From Ignavibacteriota bacterium (lineage in GTDB: Bacteria; Bacteroidota; Ignavibacteria; Palsa-1295): a stretch of DNA of 64,000 bases. The notes beneath the pieces were generated by a model. That model was not told where the DNA came from, did no database searches, and saw only the letters and a program-made list of their open reading frames with translations. Made by a program: the position numbers and the translations under genes. Location of the stretch: positions 1,664,001-1,728,000 of the forward strand of contig CAWBEI010000002.1 of NCBI GenBank assembly GCA_963787835.1. The letters run 5' to 3'. Below are positions 38,692 through 50,324 of this stretch, piece by piece; the stretch's first letter is position 1; each line of letters opens with the position of its first letter.

Positions 38692-41600
38692 GTGAGAATT
38701 ATTTCGGGCAATTCCTGGCAAACGGAACACATCGCGTCGCGGGCGATGGGTTGTGCCGTGGCCTTGATTCTGGTTACGTCGATGCTCTCACTGGACTCCT
38801 GCCGCAAGCCGAAGGAGGTAGAAAAGAATCCCAACCAAACCAAGACCGATACGACGGCACCGGATACTTCCAAGGGTTTTATTTCCCAGCAATACGATTC
38901 GCTCTCCCATAAATTCACCGATTTTTTCAGTTCGCTGCTTCCGCGTGGGAAGGATACCACCAAGGGCTTTCCGATGGTCACCACCCCTCCGCCGGACCTG
39001 AATCCGCCCGTCGTTACGCCGGACATTCCTGCGGAGCCGGGGTTCTTAGCTTCTCCGATCAAGCGCAAGATCGAGTTCGATACCAATGGCAACGTCGTCC
39101 AGCGCGATGTATTTTTGGGCAGCGATGTCCGCTCTCCGGTCACAACATCCTTCAGCGATTATATTCATGCGCAGGAGGATCAGACGATCACATCCGGCTT
39201 CGAAGCCGCGATGCACAAGCAGATCGATACCGGAAAGACGGTCGATCAGCAAACCGGATTGCTCGGCGATTACAACACGATCCAAATTCCCATTCCGCCG
39301 AGCATCGTTCCCACCATCTTTGGCCGGCCATCGATCAATCTCAAGGTCAACGGCGATGTCGGGATCCACATGGCGTATCGCGATCAGGTAACGTATGCCA
39401 CAGCCGGCGCGAATTTCTTTGGTTCGGAACAAGGGCTTGATTTCAAACAGGAGATCAACATCTCGACCAACGGGACGATCGGCGATAAACTAAAGATCGG
39501 CGCCGACTGGGGTTCCGACCGTATGTTCCAATACGATAATCTGCTCAAGTTCAACTATCAGGGTTACCCCGATGAGATCCTGCAGGAGTTCGATGCCGGA
39601 AACGTTACCTTCAACACGCCATCGCAATATATCGCCCCGCAGCAGGATCTGTTCGGATTGAAGGCGATCATGCGCTTTGGGCCGCTGTATGTCACGGCGC
39701 TCGCAGCGCAGAAAAAAGGATCGCGTGGATCGAAATCCTTCGGCGGTGGAGCCGGCACTGCGACCGAGCACCTCATTCAGCCCTGGACCTATAGACGCAA
39801 CCGCTTTTTCTTAGATACCAGCTTCATCAAATATTACGAGCCTACGCTTTCAACGATTCCCGAGGGCGGCTCTCCGCTGGTTCAGAACGGTACAGTCGAA
39901 GTGTGGCAGACGACCACTCAGCTCACGCTGATCAATGTGCGTCCGGCGGTAGCCTATTATTCGCTGCCCGCAAGTAATGCCGGGTATTCTTCGGCTATGC
40001 GGTCAGCATCGGGGAATGGACAAACCATCATCAATGCACACTGGGTCAAAATGGATACCTCGCGGTACACCGTCGATTGGAACACCGGGGTGCTTATTCT
40101 GAGTCAGGATCCGGAAGATGTCCAAACCAGTCTTGCCGTCAGTTACCAAACGGCCAACGGTGCACAATATGGCGACAGGAGCACCGATCAAAGTGACAGT
40201 ACCCTGGTGCTAAAGTTGATAAAACCCGCTGGAACGTTTTCGAATGTCGCGTATCCCTCCTGGAATAACCTGCTCAAAAATTCCTATTATATCGGTGGCG
40301 TGGGATTCGATCCCACGAATTTCTCCGGACGTATCGACCTGACCGCTCCCGGCGGCCATCAGATAGAATATTTGAGCGTGGCGAGCGGCGGAACTCCCCA
40401 AAAGGCGATCTCGATCATGGGACTCGACCGGTATAATAATTCCTCTCCATCCAACAAAACACCGGATGGACTCATCGACTATGGCCAGCAGTTCACCAGC
40501 GACTATATTGTCGATCCCAAAACGGGAACCATCATATTCCCGTATTTGCAGCCATTCGGCTCCGTTATTTCGAACTATAATGCCGCACAGAAAAGGCGAG
40601 ACGCCAAGTATGTGGATGATACCAATTTTTATATGCCCGAAATTTACAATACCATACAAAGTACGCTGGTGCAAACGGAGACGAAACTCGTCAATCTGGA
40701 TATTAAGTACACGGGCGGCGTTTCCTCCACGCTTAATCTTGGGGCCTTTAACTTGGTAGAAGGCAGTGTGCGCGTAACCATTGGCGGTACGCAGCTTGTC
40801 GAAGGAACGGATTACCGTGTCGATTATAATTCCGGGACGGTCACCATCCTGAACTCGGACCTCATCAATACCGGGCAGATCAATGTGGAGTACGACGTGC
40901 ACGATGTATTCTCGAATGCGACGAAGAACGTGCTTGGCATGCGCGCGGAAGTGCCACTCTTCGACGATCAGGCGATTCAAAAGGGAGATATTGGCATCAC
41001 AGCTTTGAATTACTCCGCCTCGCTGCCAACCTTGAAGACGCGGCAGGGCGAAGAACCATTTTCCAATTGGATCATCGGCGCCGATGGAAGTTATAAGTTC
41101 GATGCGCCATTCCTGACAGACGCGCTGAATGCAATGCCGATCTTCAATTTGAAGGATAAATCGAGCCTTGCGGTCAAGGTGGATGCGGCGGTCTCCCTGC
41201 CGAATCCGAATACGGATGTATCGCCTATGCCTGTGGATAATGGTGCGTCGATCGCGTATCTCGATGATTTCGAGGGAGGGCTGAACGAATTCCCGCTGTA
41301 CTTGAACTATGGCCGCTGGGTTCCCGCTTCGCAGCCAATGGATAGTGCTTTCCAGGCGCGGCATCCAGCCGGCAACAATCCGGATAGCGCATATTGGACC
41401 AACCCCATTAACCAGCTTAAAGGGCGGACGGCCTGGTATCCACCGACAACGATGCCGTACCCAGGTGTGGGGTTCCCGCCGCTTTCTGGCCCGGCTGGTA
41501 TAAAACCGAACGAGCAAACGGCGACTACCGGCCAAACTGCTACTACGATGTGGTACACCTTCGACCCAACGCAGGCCGGTATCTACAATCCAAACCCCTC

Positions 41601-44600
41601 ATCGCTCGGCACGCGGGATAACTGGGGTGGGATGATGCAATATGCGCCTGGGCTGAATGTTGCGGCCACGAACACGGACGCTATTCAATTCTATATTAAG
41701 GTCGATGCTCTCGATCCATCGGATGCGGATACCGCAAAACTACGGTTCGATCTGGGAATTATTAATGACGATATTATCCCCGATAAAAAACTCGAAACCG
41801 AAGATAAAGCCCAGAACGGTCGCTATGAACCGGGTGAGGACGTTGGTCTCGATGGCCTCACCGACGCGCAGGAACAGGTCCAGTTTGGTACGAAGGTTCC
41901 CGATCCAAGCAATGACGACTATGGCACCGATTACCTGCATCTGAACGGTCAGGAAGGGAATGAGAACGATGCGTTTGCGGGCTTGACACCGGATCACGAA
42001 GATCTGGATGCGAGTGGTTCCGTTAATCTCAGCGATGCCTACTATGAATATGAGATCCCACTCAATATGGCGCTCAATAAGTATATTATTGGTGGGAATC
42101 CTTCGCAAGGGTGGTATCAGCTGCGCATTCCATTGGCAGATTATAGTCGAATTGTTGGCACGAACGATAGTTCCTTCAGCAATATCAGTTACTACAGAAT
42201 ATGGACGAAGGATGTAACGCATCCGGTGCAGTTCGAATTGTTCGAATTCATGATGGTCGGCAGCCAATGGACCCGTGGCTCCGTCGGGCTGAATCCTACG
42301 AATCCTATCGCTGATACTTCGCTGAAGATCGATTACGTTAATATCTGGGATAACAGCGGTGCACCAACCAATTATTCACCGCCTCCCGGTGCGGCAACCA
42401 CGCTTCAACCGGCTTCGACCGGTTACATTCCCGGCAACGAGCAATCGCTCTTGATGCATATTGCGTGTATTCCGGATACCGCGCGGCGCGAGGCTCAGCG
42501 TATTTTCCCGACGCCGAACGATCTCTTTAATTATCAGGCGATGGCCATCTGGGTGCATGGCGATAGCGCTACGGTTCCCACAAAGCCGCTGAACACCATC
42601 GCCGATACGGCGGGGCGCGTGTGGGTCTATTGGCGGTTCGGCTCCGATCAGTACGATTATTACGAGTATCGCCTGCCGCTCGTTGGAGGATGGCAGAACA
42701 TGCACGTGGATTTCAACACCTTGGTCAATATGAAGGTGGAACGCCCTTCCACGAATTACACGATCACCCAGACTGACCCGAACGGGGTTCCCGGCGCGAC
42801 GTATTCGGTCGTCGGCAGCCCCACATTTACGAACGCACCCTATTTTATACTCGGTGTGCAGAGCGAGACGCATCAGAGCTGCCTCACGACGGACATCTGG
42901 TGGGATGAGCTTCGCCTGCTGGACGCCAACAATAAAGTGGGCTATGCCTGGAATACGTCATCGCAGTTGAAGCTTGCGGAGTTTGGAACGATCTCCGGCT
43001 CGATCGCCGATCAAAGCGCGGATTTTCACCAGGTTGATGAACAATTTAATACCACGCGATCCGCAAACTTTAACTGGAATGTGACCGGCGTGTTCGCGAT
43101 GGATAAATTACTTCCACAATGGATGGAAGACAAAGGGTCCAAGCTTCCGCTGACGATCTCTCATGTCGAGTCCATTATCACTCCGGAGTATATCGTCAAT
43201 ACCGACATCAATCTTGCGAATGCGGTTTCGGCCATTAATACGGCGCCTGATCTTACTGCTTCGCAAAAACAATATCTTGTCGATTCGCTGACGAACAATA
43301 ATCAGACGCTTCAGGTCAAGAATTCTTTTGGCATGAACGATATAGCCCTGCGCTTTCCGGGATCGTTCTTTTTGATACCGGGATTCATCAACCGGCTTGA
43401 TTTTGGGTTTGGCTACACGGAGTCCTATCTGCGGTCGCCGCAATATCAATATGATTATACCTTCGGCTGGACGGTTTCAGGCCATTACTCGCTTCCGCCA
43501 TTGCCGGGGCTTGGTTTGGAACCGCTTAAATGGTGGGGAACCACCACGCCGATCATCGGGCCTTACTCGCAATGGAAGGTGAACCTGACGCCGAGCAATG
43601 TTTCGTTCGGAATTTCTGCCACGCGGAGCCGGAGTATCTCGCTCGAACAACTTTCCACGCTGACACTCCCGCCGGAAGGAAGCACCACGCAGGATACGCT
43701 CGACATACTGAACTCCCGTGTGCCTGTTATCAACCGCGTGTTTACGGCCACGCGTGGCATGCAGATCGACTGGCAGCCCTTTGAAGGAGGCATGCTTTCT
43801 CCAAAATTCAATTACGCGCTGGACGTAACGAGTAATCTTGCTCCACTCGAAACCACGACCTCTTGGAACCAACCCACGACCTACGACGCCAATGGGAACC
43901 CGATCTATAATTACGACAGCGTCTATTACACCCAGCGAAGTTTCCACGATATTTTGAACGATGTCTTCTTCAAGAACGGACAGCTTGCGCAGTTGGGGCA
44001 GGATTTCAGCGCCAGCCAGCGCGTTCACATGGGAACGACTCCACGGCTTCCCGGCCTCTTCGGATTCGAAAAGTGGGTCAAGCCAGTCTTCGATTATCAG
44101 GTGACGTACAAGTGGTTGAATGCACAAACCGGTTTGCAGAATGCCAAGCAGGGCGCGTGGAACAATACCATCACCACCGGGCTGGAATTTAATCTTCGTG
44201 ATCTTGGCACGATGCTTTTTGGTAAGGGATTTGCGGAGGAAGCGCCGCAGCGAGGCCGCCACGAGGAGCGCAACCGGCTTGGAACCACGCCGGAAGAACT
44301 GCAACCGCAGGGATTTGAATCGCGCCAAACCCCACTTCAGGGCCCGCAAGATCAGCCGCGCAACCAGGTGGAGCGTGGTGAAGATTTGCGTCCGCAATCT
44401 CGCCCAAATCCGTTGGGCCGCTCGACCTATATCACGGATACGATGCATAAAACAACGCTCGAAACGCCGCCGATCGATACCGTTGGTAAAATTCACAGTC
44501 ATGGGATCGGAACCGAAGGCATCAACGATAGGGAATATGTGGTCGATACCACACTATCGCCGGAAGCCCCGCCGGTTGCCGAAGGAGTAGTTCCCGAATT

Positions 44601-46008
44601 GGCGGCTCAGGAACCGGAATCCAACCTGCTGCAACAGATATTGCAGAATGCGGTGGAAAAACCGCTCTTCGATTGGAATGGAACCCGGTTCAATTTTATT
44701 CAGACCAACGCCAGCCTGAATAATGCCCTTGCAGGTAATGGCTCTGGCATTACCAATTTCCTCGCTCGCGGATTTTTTGCTCCGGAAGACGATCTGGATG
44801 GGCCTTCGCGCGCCTATCAGTTAGGGCTTATTACCGATCCCTCCGGACGCTTGCTGTTCCATTGGCAAAACCGGTTCCCATTTCTCTGGTATTCTGTTCG
44901 CCCAGGGCTTCGGGCAGACGACCCGTTCGGCGGGAACGTCGATGTGACGGACGCCTTCAATCAGACCAATAATTTTGAATTAACGACCAGCCGCCCGTTG
45001 TGGAAAGGCGCATCCATCAGTCTGAACTGGAAGCTTTCCTTTGGCTTCGACGAACGCGATGCGCTCAACATTAACAGCGAGGGCGAGCCAAGCACGCTCT
45101 ATGAAGCAAAATCCGGAGATATTTCCCGCACGTTCTTTTCTATTCCTTCCCTCCCGTTCCTTGGTAATGTGTTCCAAAGCGGCATTATTAATGTAGGAGA
45201 GAAGTACAAGCAAATGGTGATGGCCGCCGGTGCGCCGAATGAAGATACTGCCCGCTTCGTGTTGCCGACAGCACAGCACAACCTTATCGAGCAGAATGCC
45301 TTTATGGAAGGATTTGAAACCCTACCATTCTTTGAGAGTGCGCTTCGGGAATATCTGCCACGGCTAAATTATTCCTTCACCTGGTCGGGGCTGGAGAAAT
45401 TTCCGTTGTTCAGCTTTGCGGACCACGCGAGTTTCCGCGACGCGTATAATGGAACCTACCGGCGCTCGTTCCGACAGGATCCCGGCGATACGCTCGATCT
45501 TACTTCCATGCAAACGATCGTCTATGGGTTCCGTCCGCTCATCGCCTTCGATATGTCGTGGGATAAGCTATGGAATGGCAAGCTCACCACCAGCCTCAAT
45601 TACGATACACAAACGCAATGGGCTGCCGATTATGCTTCCACGCGCATTACCGAGCAGCTTTCTACTACGTTTGGCATAACCGCGAATTATTCGAGGCAGG
45701 GTCTTAATATTCCGTTCCTCAAACTGAATCTCAAGAACGAACTCACGGCAAGCTTCACGCTCAGTGAGACCATCTCATCGAGCAGTTATTATAATTTCTG
45801 GACCATCGACCAAATACCAGGCGGCATTAGCGATGGAGGACTTACCAAAATTACGATCGAGCCGCGCGTGGGCTACAGCATGAGCCAGCAGCTTACCGTC
45901 GAGATGTTCTACCATTACGAGCGCACTACGCCGGCCGCAAGTGGACTGATCAGCCCGCCAACTTTGCTTGTCGAGGCAGGGTTCGATATTAAGCTGAAGA
46001 TACAGTAA
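38692..46008 (+). CDS. sprA: Cell surface protein SprA (T9SS outer-membrane translocon)
   Basis: 2438 aa; F.QEINI...GTIGDKL, Y.G..DEILQ..DAGNV.F, LFGLK...FGPL, LGAFN..EGSVRVT.GG.QL.EGTDYRVDY..G.V.I, AYLDDFEG, WWDELRL. Confidence 0.92.
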   Translation: MRIISGNSWQTEHIASRAMGCAVALILVTSMLSLDSCRKPKEVEKNPNQTKTDTTAPDTSKGFISQQYDSLSHKFTDFFSSLLPRGKDTTKGFPMVTTPPPDLNPPVVTPDIPAEPGFLASPIKRKIEFDTNGNVVQRDVFLGSDVRSPVTTSFSDYIHAQEDQTITSGFEAAMHKQIDTGKTVDQQTGLLGDYNTIQIPIPPSIVPTIFGRPSINLKVNGDVGIHMAYRDQVTYATAGANFFGSEQGLDFKQEINISTNGTIGDKLKIGADWGSDRMFQYDNLLKFNYQGYPDEILQEFDAGNVTFNTPSQYIAPQQDLFGLKAIMRFGPLYVTALAAQKKGSRGSKSFGGGAGTATEHLIQPWTYRRNRFFLDTSFIKYYEPTLSTIPEGGSPLVQNGTVEVWQTTTQLTLINVRPAVAYYSLPASNAGYSSAMRSASGNGQTIINAHWVKMDTSRYTVDWNTGVLILSQDPEDVQTSLAVSYQTANGAQYGDRSTDQSDSTLVLKLIKPAGTFSNVAYPSWNNLLKNSYYIGGVGFDPTNFSGRIDLTAPGGHQIEYLSVASGGTPQKAISIMGLDRYNNSSPSNKTPDGLIDYGQQFTSDYIVDPKTGTIIFPYLQPFGSVISNYNAAQKRRDAKYVDDTNFYMPEIYNTIQSTLVQTETKLVNLDIKYTGGVSSTLNLGAFNLVEGSVRVTIGGTQLVEGTDYRVDYNSGTVTILNSDLINTGQINVEYDVHDVFSNATKNVLGMRAEVPLFDDQAIQKGDIGITALNYSASLPTLKTRQGEEPFSNWIIGADGSYKFDAPFLTDALNAMPIFNLKDKSSLAVKVDAAVSLPNPNTDVSPMPVDNGASIAYLDDFEGGLNEFPLYLNYGRWVPASQPMDSAFQARHPAGNNPDSAYWTNPINQLKGRTAWYPPTTMPYPGVGFPPLSGPAGIKPNEQTATTGQTATTMWYTFDPTQAGIYNPNPSSLGTRDNWGGMMQYAPGLNVAATNTDAIQFYIKVDALDPSDADTAKLRFDLGIINDDIIPDKKLETEDKAQNGRYEPGEDVGLDGLTDAQEQVQFGTKVPDPSNDDYGTDYLHLNGQEGNENDAFAGLTPDHEDLDASGSVNLSDAYYEYEIPLNMALNKYIIGGNPSQGWYQLRIPLADYSRIVGTNDSSFSNISYYRIWTKDVTHPVQFELFEFMMVGSQWTRGSVGLNPTNPIADTSLKIDYVNIWDNSGAPTNYSPPPGAATTLQPASTGYIPGNEQSLLMHIACIPDTARREAQRIFPTPNDLFNYQAMAIWVHGDSATVPTKPLNTIADTAGRVWVYWRFGSDQYDYYEYRLPLVGGWQNMHVDFNTLVNMKVERPSTNYTITQTDPNGVPGATYSVVGSPTFTNAPYFILGVQSETHQSCLTTDIWWDELRLLDANNKVGYAWNTSSQLKLAEFGTISGSIADQSADFHQVDEQFNTTRSANFNWNVTGVFAMDKLLPQWMEDKGSKLPLTISHVESIITPEYIVNTDINLANAVSAINTAPDLTASQKQYLVDSLTNNNQTLQVKNSFGMNDIALRFPGSFFLIPGFINRLDFGFGYTESYLRSPQYQYDYTFGWTVSGHYSLPPLPGLGLEPLKWWGTTTPIIGPYSQWKVNLTPSNVSFGISATRSRSISLEQLSTLTLPPEGSTTQDTLDILNSRVPVINRVFTATRGMQIDWQPFEGGMLSPKFNYALDVTSNLAPLETTTSWNQPTTYDANGNPIYNYDSVYYTQRSFHDILNDVFFKNGQLAQLGQDFSASQRVHMGTTPRLPGLFGFEKWVKPVFDYQVTYKWLNAQTGLQNAKQGAWNNTITTGLEFNLRDLGTMLFGKGFAEEAPQRGRHEERNRLGTTPEELQPQGFESRQTPLQGPQDQPRNQVERGEDLRPQSRPNPLGRSTYITDTMHKTTLETPPIDTVGKIHSHGIGTEGINDREYVVDTTLSPEAPPVAEGVVPELAAQEPESNLLQQILQNAVEKPLFDWNGTRFNFIQTNASLNNALAGNGSGITNFLARGFFAPEDDLDGPSRAYQLGLITDPSGRLLFHWQNRFPFLWYSVRPGLRADDPFGGNVDVTDAFNQTNNFELTTSRPLWKGASISLNWKLSFGFDERDALNINSEGEPSTLYEAKSGDISRTFFSIPSLPFLGNVFQSGIINVGEKYKQMVMAAGAPNEDTARFVLPTAQHNLIEQNAFMEGFETLPFFESALREYLPRLNYSFTWSGLEKFPLFSFADHASFRDAYNGTYRRSFRQDPGDTLDLTSMQTIVYGFRPLIAFDMSWDKLWNGKLTTSLNYDTQTQWAADYASTRITEQLSTTFGITANYSRQGLNIPFLKLNLKNELTASFTLSETISSSSYYNFWTIDQIPGGISDGGLTKITIEPRVGYSMSQQLTVEMFYHYERTTPAASGLISPPTLLVEAGFDIKLKIQ

Positions 46009-46210
46009 GGGAACTGTCTCTATTGGTAAGCTTGGCTCTTGCATGGATGTCAGCCAATTGTGAAATACTTTTAATATTTTGATTTAAACCTTGCCTGCAG
46101 ATTCGGTGTCAAATCTGCATCTTTGCTTCTTTTGCTGGCTGCAAGCGTCGTTCCTGATGCTTGTGTAGCGTTCCTTTGTAGTCGTCAATACATTAAAAAT
46201 AGATCCAGTT

Positions 46211-48082
46211 ATGAAGTTTGGACGATCCATTCGTGCAACCGTGGGTTGCATTTGTTTTACCGTAGCTATATCTGGCGCTTCCTTCAGTGCGAACGCCATA
46301 CCTGTTTCCACTCGGCCTGTTGGGGTCGTGCATCAATATCCGTTAGCCGGCGCTCGTGAGGTTCCTGTTGGAACCGACATTGGCATTCGGGCGGTCGGAG
46401 CGTATGACCCGGCGCATCTTGCAACGCAAACGTTTATTGCGGTTGGGTCACGGTCGGGGGCGCATCCGATGGCAGTCCATTTAAGCCGCGATCGTACCGT
46501 GGCGATATTCCATTCCGCCACTGCCTTTGCGTATGGTGAAGCGGTACATTTTGAGATGAGGACGCAGATCGCCGGTGGCATGGCCATTGCCGACACCTTC
46601 ACGTTTCAGACGATGGTGAAGCCCGCGCCTGCTACGATTCCGGATTTCGTTCGAAATGAGGTTCCCGTTTCCCCCAACCCTTCTGGAACGTTCCATGTGG
46701 CAAGCATCGAGCAGGATTCCCTGCCGCCCATGACCGTTACCGTCGATGATAGCGCCACGCCGGGGACCATTTACTTCGACAATTTCGGTTTCACCGCCGT
46801 GCCGAACGCCTGTTTCCTCTTTAATTGCAATGAACATGGGCAGATCATCCGCGACGAAGAGCAGCCGGGGGAATCCTCTCGAGATTTTAAGCTTCAGCCT
46901 ACTGGCTTAAGAACGTATTTCGATGTGAACACCGGGGCATTTCTTGGTGTAGATTCCAATTGGAATATTGTCGATACGTTCGCCGCATTGAATTACGGGA
47001 CGGATCAACATGAACTTCGCATCTTCCCCGATGGAAGTTACGCTTTACTTGGATTATCCGTGAGCTATATCAATATGAGCCTGTTGGTGCCTGATGGATT
47101 AGATTCAGCTGAAGTCTATGGCGATGTCATCCAGCGATTCGATCCGGATGGCAACCTTGTGTTCGAATGGCGTGGGATCGATCATTACGATGTTGCAGAT
47201 TCGAAATACGAGGATCTGACCGGATCCGGGATCGATTTCGAGCATGCAAACTCGCTCGATTTCGATTCTTTGGGTAATATCATTCTCTCGAATCGGCATT
47301 TGTGCGAGATCTCGAATATCAATGGCGTTACCGGCGATTTTATCTGGCGATTGGGTGGGGCGCATAACCAGTTCACGCTCGTGGGAGACTCGATGTGGTT
47401 TTCGTTCCAACATGCCGCGCGCTGGATCCCCAACGGTCATCTGACGGCCTTCGATAACTCCAATTACGATACGATCACCGGCGGAGATGGGACGTGGATC
47501 CAAAAAAGCCGGGCTGTGGAATATGCGCTCGACACGACGGCAAAAACGGCCACATTGGTGTGGCAGTACCATCATACGCCCGAAACATGGTCGGCAGCGA
47601 TGGGCTACGTCGAGCGTTTGCCGAACGGAAATACCTTTATCGGCTGGGGCGATGACACCGATGTTTCGATGACGGAAATCCGTCCAGATAATAGCACCGC
47701 CTTTGAAATGGTGATGGGCGCGGGGAATGTATCTTACCGGGCCATTAAGTTCTTGCCCGATACCCTTGGGTCGATTCTGGACACCACCGCAAGTGTCTCT
47801 ACCGCTCTTGATGCCGGGAATTCCGATGATGCTTTGGAGATCGAGGCTGGAACCGATGGAACGATCTCGGCTAATATTTCTCTCGATCGTAGCCAGTTCG
47901 TTACGCTTACCGTTTATGATATGACGGGCAGAGCGATCCGGAATGTGCTGACCTCTGCGTGGGAAAGCTCCGGCAACCATCCCGTCGCTCTCGATCTGCA
48001 AGGGCTTTCGGATGGGTCGTACGAATGTGTGCTGACAACGGAAAACTCTACACTCATCCGCAGCTTCACTCATTTGCAATGA
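46211..48082 (+). CDS. Aryl-sulfate sulfotransferase (ASST) family protein with T9SS-type C-terminal domain
   Basis: DQHEL, D.EHANSL, LSNRH, IWRLGG, FSFQHAAR, FDNS, G.V.RLPNGNTFIGWG, SYRA.K; C-terminal VYDMTGR...L.DGSY. Confidence 0.85.
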   Translation: MKFGRSIRATVGCICFTVAISGASFSANAIPVSTRPVGVVHQYPLAGAREVPVGTDIGIRAVGAYDPAHLATQTFIAVGSRSGAHPMAVHLSRDRTVAIFHSATAFAYGEAVHFEMRTQIAGGMAIADTFTFQTMVKPAPATIPDFVRNEVPVSPNPSGTFHVASIEQDSLPPMTVTVDDSATPGTIYFDNFGFTAVPNACFLFNCNEHGQIIRDEEQPGESSRDFKLQPTGLRTYFDVNTGAFLGVDSNWNIVDTFAALNYGTDQHELRIFPDGSYALLGLSVSYINMSLLVPDGLDSAEVYGDVIQRFDPDGNLVFEWRGIDHYDVADSKYEDLTGSGIDFEHANSLDFDSLGNIILSNRHLCEISNINGVTGDFIWRLGGAHNQFTLVGDSMWFSFQHAARWIPNGHLTAFDNSNYDTITGGDGTWIQKSRAVEYALDTTAKTATLVWQYHHTPETWSAAMGYVERLPNGNTFIGWGDDTDVSMTEIRPDNSTAFEMVMGAGNVSYRAIKFLPDTLGSILDTTASVSTALDAGNSDDALEIEAGTDGTISANISLDRSQFVTLTVYDMTGRAIRNVLTSAWESSGNHPVALDLQGLSDGSYECVLTTENSTLIRSFTHLQ

Positions 48083-48151
48083 TAACGCCGTAGGCTGGAT
48101 GCTGCCGGCGCTCCGAACGTGTTGACCGTGCTGCTCTGTTCATAGGCTCCT

Positions 48152-49078
48152 ATGGCACAGCAACGGTTTGAAGATCTTGGAATCGGCACAAAGGCGGCCG
48201 AATCGCGAGTTCGGCTGCTCAATCGGGACGGCTCGTTCAACGTTCACCGCCGTGGGCTTCCGTTTCTTTCGTGGTTCAGCGGTTATCACTACCTGATCTC
48301 GATCCCGTGGTGGAAATTCAGCGTTTTGATCTTTCTTGCATACGTATTCATCAATGCGTGCTTTGGTGGTATCTATCTCTTGATCGGCACGGATGGCCTC
48401 TCCGGGATTGATGGCCATACGCTCGCCGAGCGCTATTTAGAATCGGTCTTTTTTAGTACGCAGACATTTACCACGGTAGGGTTCGGGCGAATCGCTCCGG
48501 TCGGAATGGGTGCGAACATTGTGGCAGCATTCGAATCTCTAACCGGATTGCTTTGCTTTGCCCTTGCGACGGGATTACTCTATGGAAGATTCTCCCGTCC
48601 GGTGGCGAAAATTATTTTCAGCAAACACGCCCTGATCGCTCCGTATGAAAATATCACCGCCTTTATGTTCCGAATCGCGAACCAGCGTATCAACCAATTG
48701 ATCGATGTTAAGGCTACGGTCACGCTAAGCCGGCGTGAAACCGGTCCGGATGGAAAACTAGCTCGAAAATTCTATCCGCTCGACTTGGAACGAAAATCGG
48801 TGACATTTTTTCATTTAAGCTGGACGGTTGTTCATCCGATCACGGAGCAAAGTCCGCTATACGGAGTTAACGAGCAACAGTTGGATGAATCCGATGCGGA
48901 GTTCCTTATCTTGATGGAAGCGTTCGATGATACTTTCTCGCAAAATGTCCATACGCGAACCTCCTATAAGGATCATGAGGTGGTATTTGGCCAGAAGTTC
49001 AAAAGTATTATTCGGATCGGGTCGGACGGCGTGACCGAGATCGATCTTGACAAGATCCATGACTATGAGAAAGCGTAA
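48152..49078 (+). CDS. Inward-rectifier potassium channel (KirBac-like)
   Basis: FFSTQTFTTVGFG filter, GRFSRP, FRIAN.R, LSWTVVHPITEQSPL. Confidence 0.92.
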   Translation: MAQQRFEDLGIGTKAAESRVRLLNRDGSFNVHRRGLPFLSWFSGYHYLISIPWWKFSVLIFLAYVFINACFGGIYLLIGTDGLSGIDGHTLAERYLESVFFSTQTFTTVGFGRIAPVGMGANIVAAFESLTGLLCFALATGLLYGRFSRPVAKIIFSKHALIAPYENITAFMFRIANQRINQLIDVKATVTLSRRETGPDGKLARKFYPLDLERKSVTFFHLSWTVVHPITEQSPLYGVNEQQLDESDAEFLILMEAFDDTFSQNVHTRTSYKDHEVVFGQKFKSIIRIGSDGVTEIDLDKIHDYEKA

Positions 49079-49179
49079 TGAAACCGAGTGTACAGTAGTG
49101 TGTTATTATTTACGAGCGCACTTACTAACAATATTGATATTCGTAATGGGTCTGAGGCGCTAATTCGATAAGTATATTT

Positions 49180-49884
49180 TTGCGAGCAACCTCGTTTTTC
49201 CTCTTTTCTCGATTAGTCAGACCTTTGATGGGTCTTAGCTGCCGTTTATTCGGGGCAACGCTTTTGGTTGTGATCTATTGCACTACTTGTTTCGCACAAT
49301 CGAAGGGGCTACCACCCGTTCCTTCTCTACAGGATATCAGTACCACCTATATTTTCGCCTCCATCGGAGCGTTTATTCCATCTTCAGAAAGCTACAGGCT
49401 CAATTTTGCGAACAGCTTCATCGGGCTACCGATCGAAGTAAGCGGGGGATTGCTTTTTCCGCTTGGCCACGATGTGTTCGTTCCTTTCACAGTTCGCTAT
49501 GACCGCCGGACGGCCAATTTTGTGACGGGAATGTCCATGGAGGTAACGTCGATCGAACCGGGGGTGCGATATTTTTTCCAAAAGGAGAATGCCCACGATC
49601 TTCGGATCTTTGGATCGGTCGAGGGACTTTTCGCTAATGCGAGCGTTGCAGGTACCTATGATGTTTCGGCGGACGGCACGGTTAGTGGTACCGCACTCGC
49701 CCAAAGGGACTATTTTAATATCGGGCTGGGTGTCAACCTTGGCCTCATGTATCCGTTAACTCCGACCACCTCACTCGAAGCGATCGTTCATTTAGCCACC
49801 TACCTGGCAAGCCCCGTTGCCAATGGTGGGCTGGGAAATATTGGCGGGGTATCGATCAGCGCATCGTATCGTTTTGGATTTTGA
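49180..49884 (+). CDS. Hypothetical outer-membrane beta-barrel protein
   Basis: Signal peptide, amphipathic strands, C-terminal YRFGF; the start is uncertain. Confidence 0.65.
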   Translation: MRATSFFLFSRLVRPLMGLSCRLFGATLLVVIYCTTCFAQSKGLPPVPSLQDISTTYIFASIGAFIPSSESYRLNFANSFIGLPIEVSGGLLFPLGHDVFVPFTVRYDRRTANFVTGMSMEVTSIEPGVRYFFQKENAHDLRIFGSVEGLFANASVAGTYDVSADGTVSGTALAQRDYFNIGLGVNLGLMYPLTPTTSLEAIVHLATYLASPVANGGLGNIGGVSISASYRFGF

Positions 49885-50324
49885 TCATGCTCAGACCTCA
49901 GAACTACTCAAGACGCATTATTTTCTCGCTCGTGCTGATCGGGATGATGGGTTGCTCGACGGAGGCAGTCCAGAATGGTTCCATCCGCCTTCAATTCAGC
50001 CGGAAGCCTGCACCACAGGGCGCTCTGAAGGACTCGCTCTTTCCAGTCTCCCCAAATCCGTTCAACCGCACTGCCGGGGATACAAGCTTATTAATTGTGT
50101 TTACGCTTCAGGATACCAGTGCTGCAAATCTGCTCGTTCAGAACGCGATCGGCGATCCGATCGCGGATTATTATGACACGCTGCTTCCGCCAGGTACCTA
50201 CTCCGGCTGGTGGGAGCCTTTTGCTTCGGACGGAACTCCGCTCATGAGTGGGATTTATTTTGTTACGATACAGAATGGCGCATTTATCGATTCGCGTTTA
50301 GTCAATTTACAAGAAAATGAATAA
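49881..50324 (+). CDS. Lipoprotein consisting of a FlgD-Ig/T9SS-CTD-like domain
   Basis: MMGC lipobox; SPNPFN...W....DGTPL.SGIYFV. Confidence 0.65.
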   Translation: MIMLRPQNYSRRIIFSLVLIGMMGCSTEAVQNGSIRLQFSRKPAPQGALKDSLFPVSPNPFNRTAGDTSLLIVFTLQDTSAANLLVQNAIGDPIADYYDTLLPPGTYSGWWEPFASDGTPLMSGIYFVTIQNGAFIDSRLVNLQENE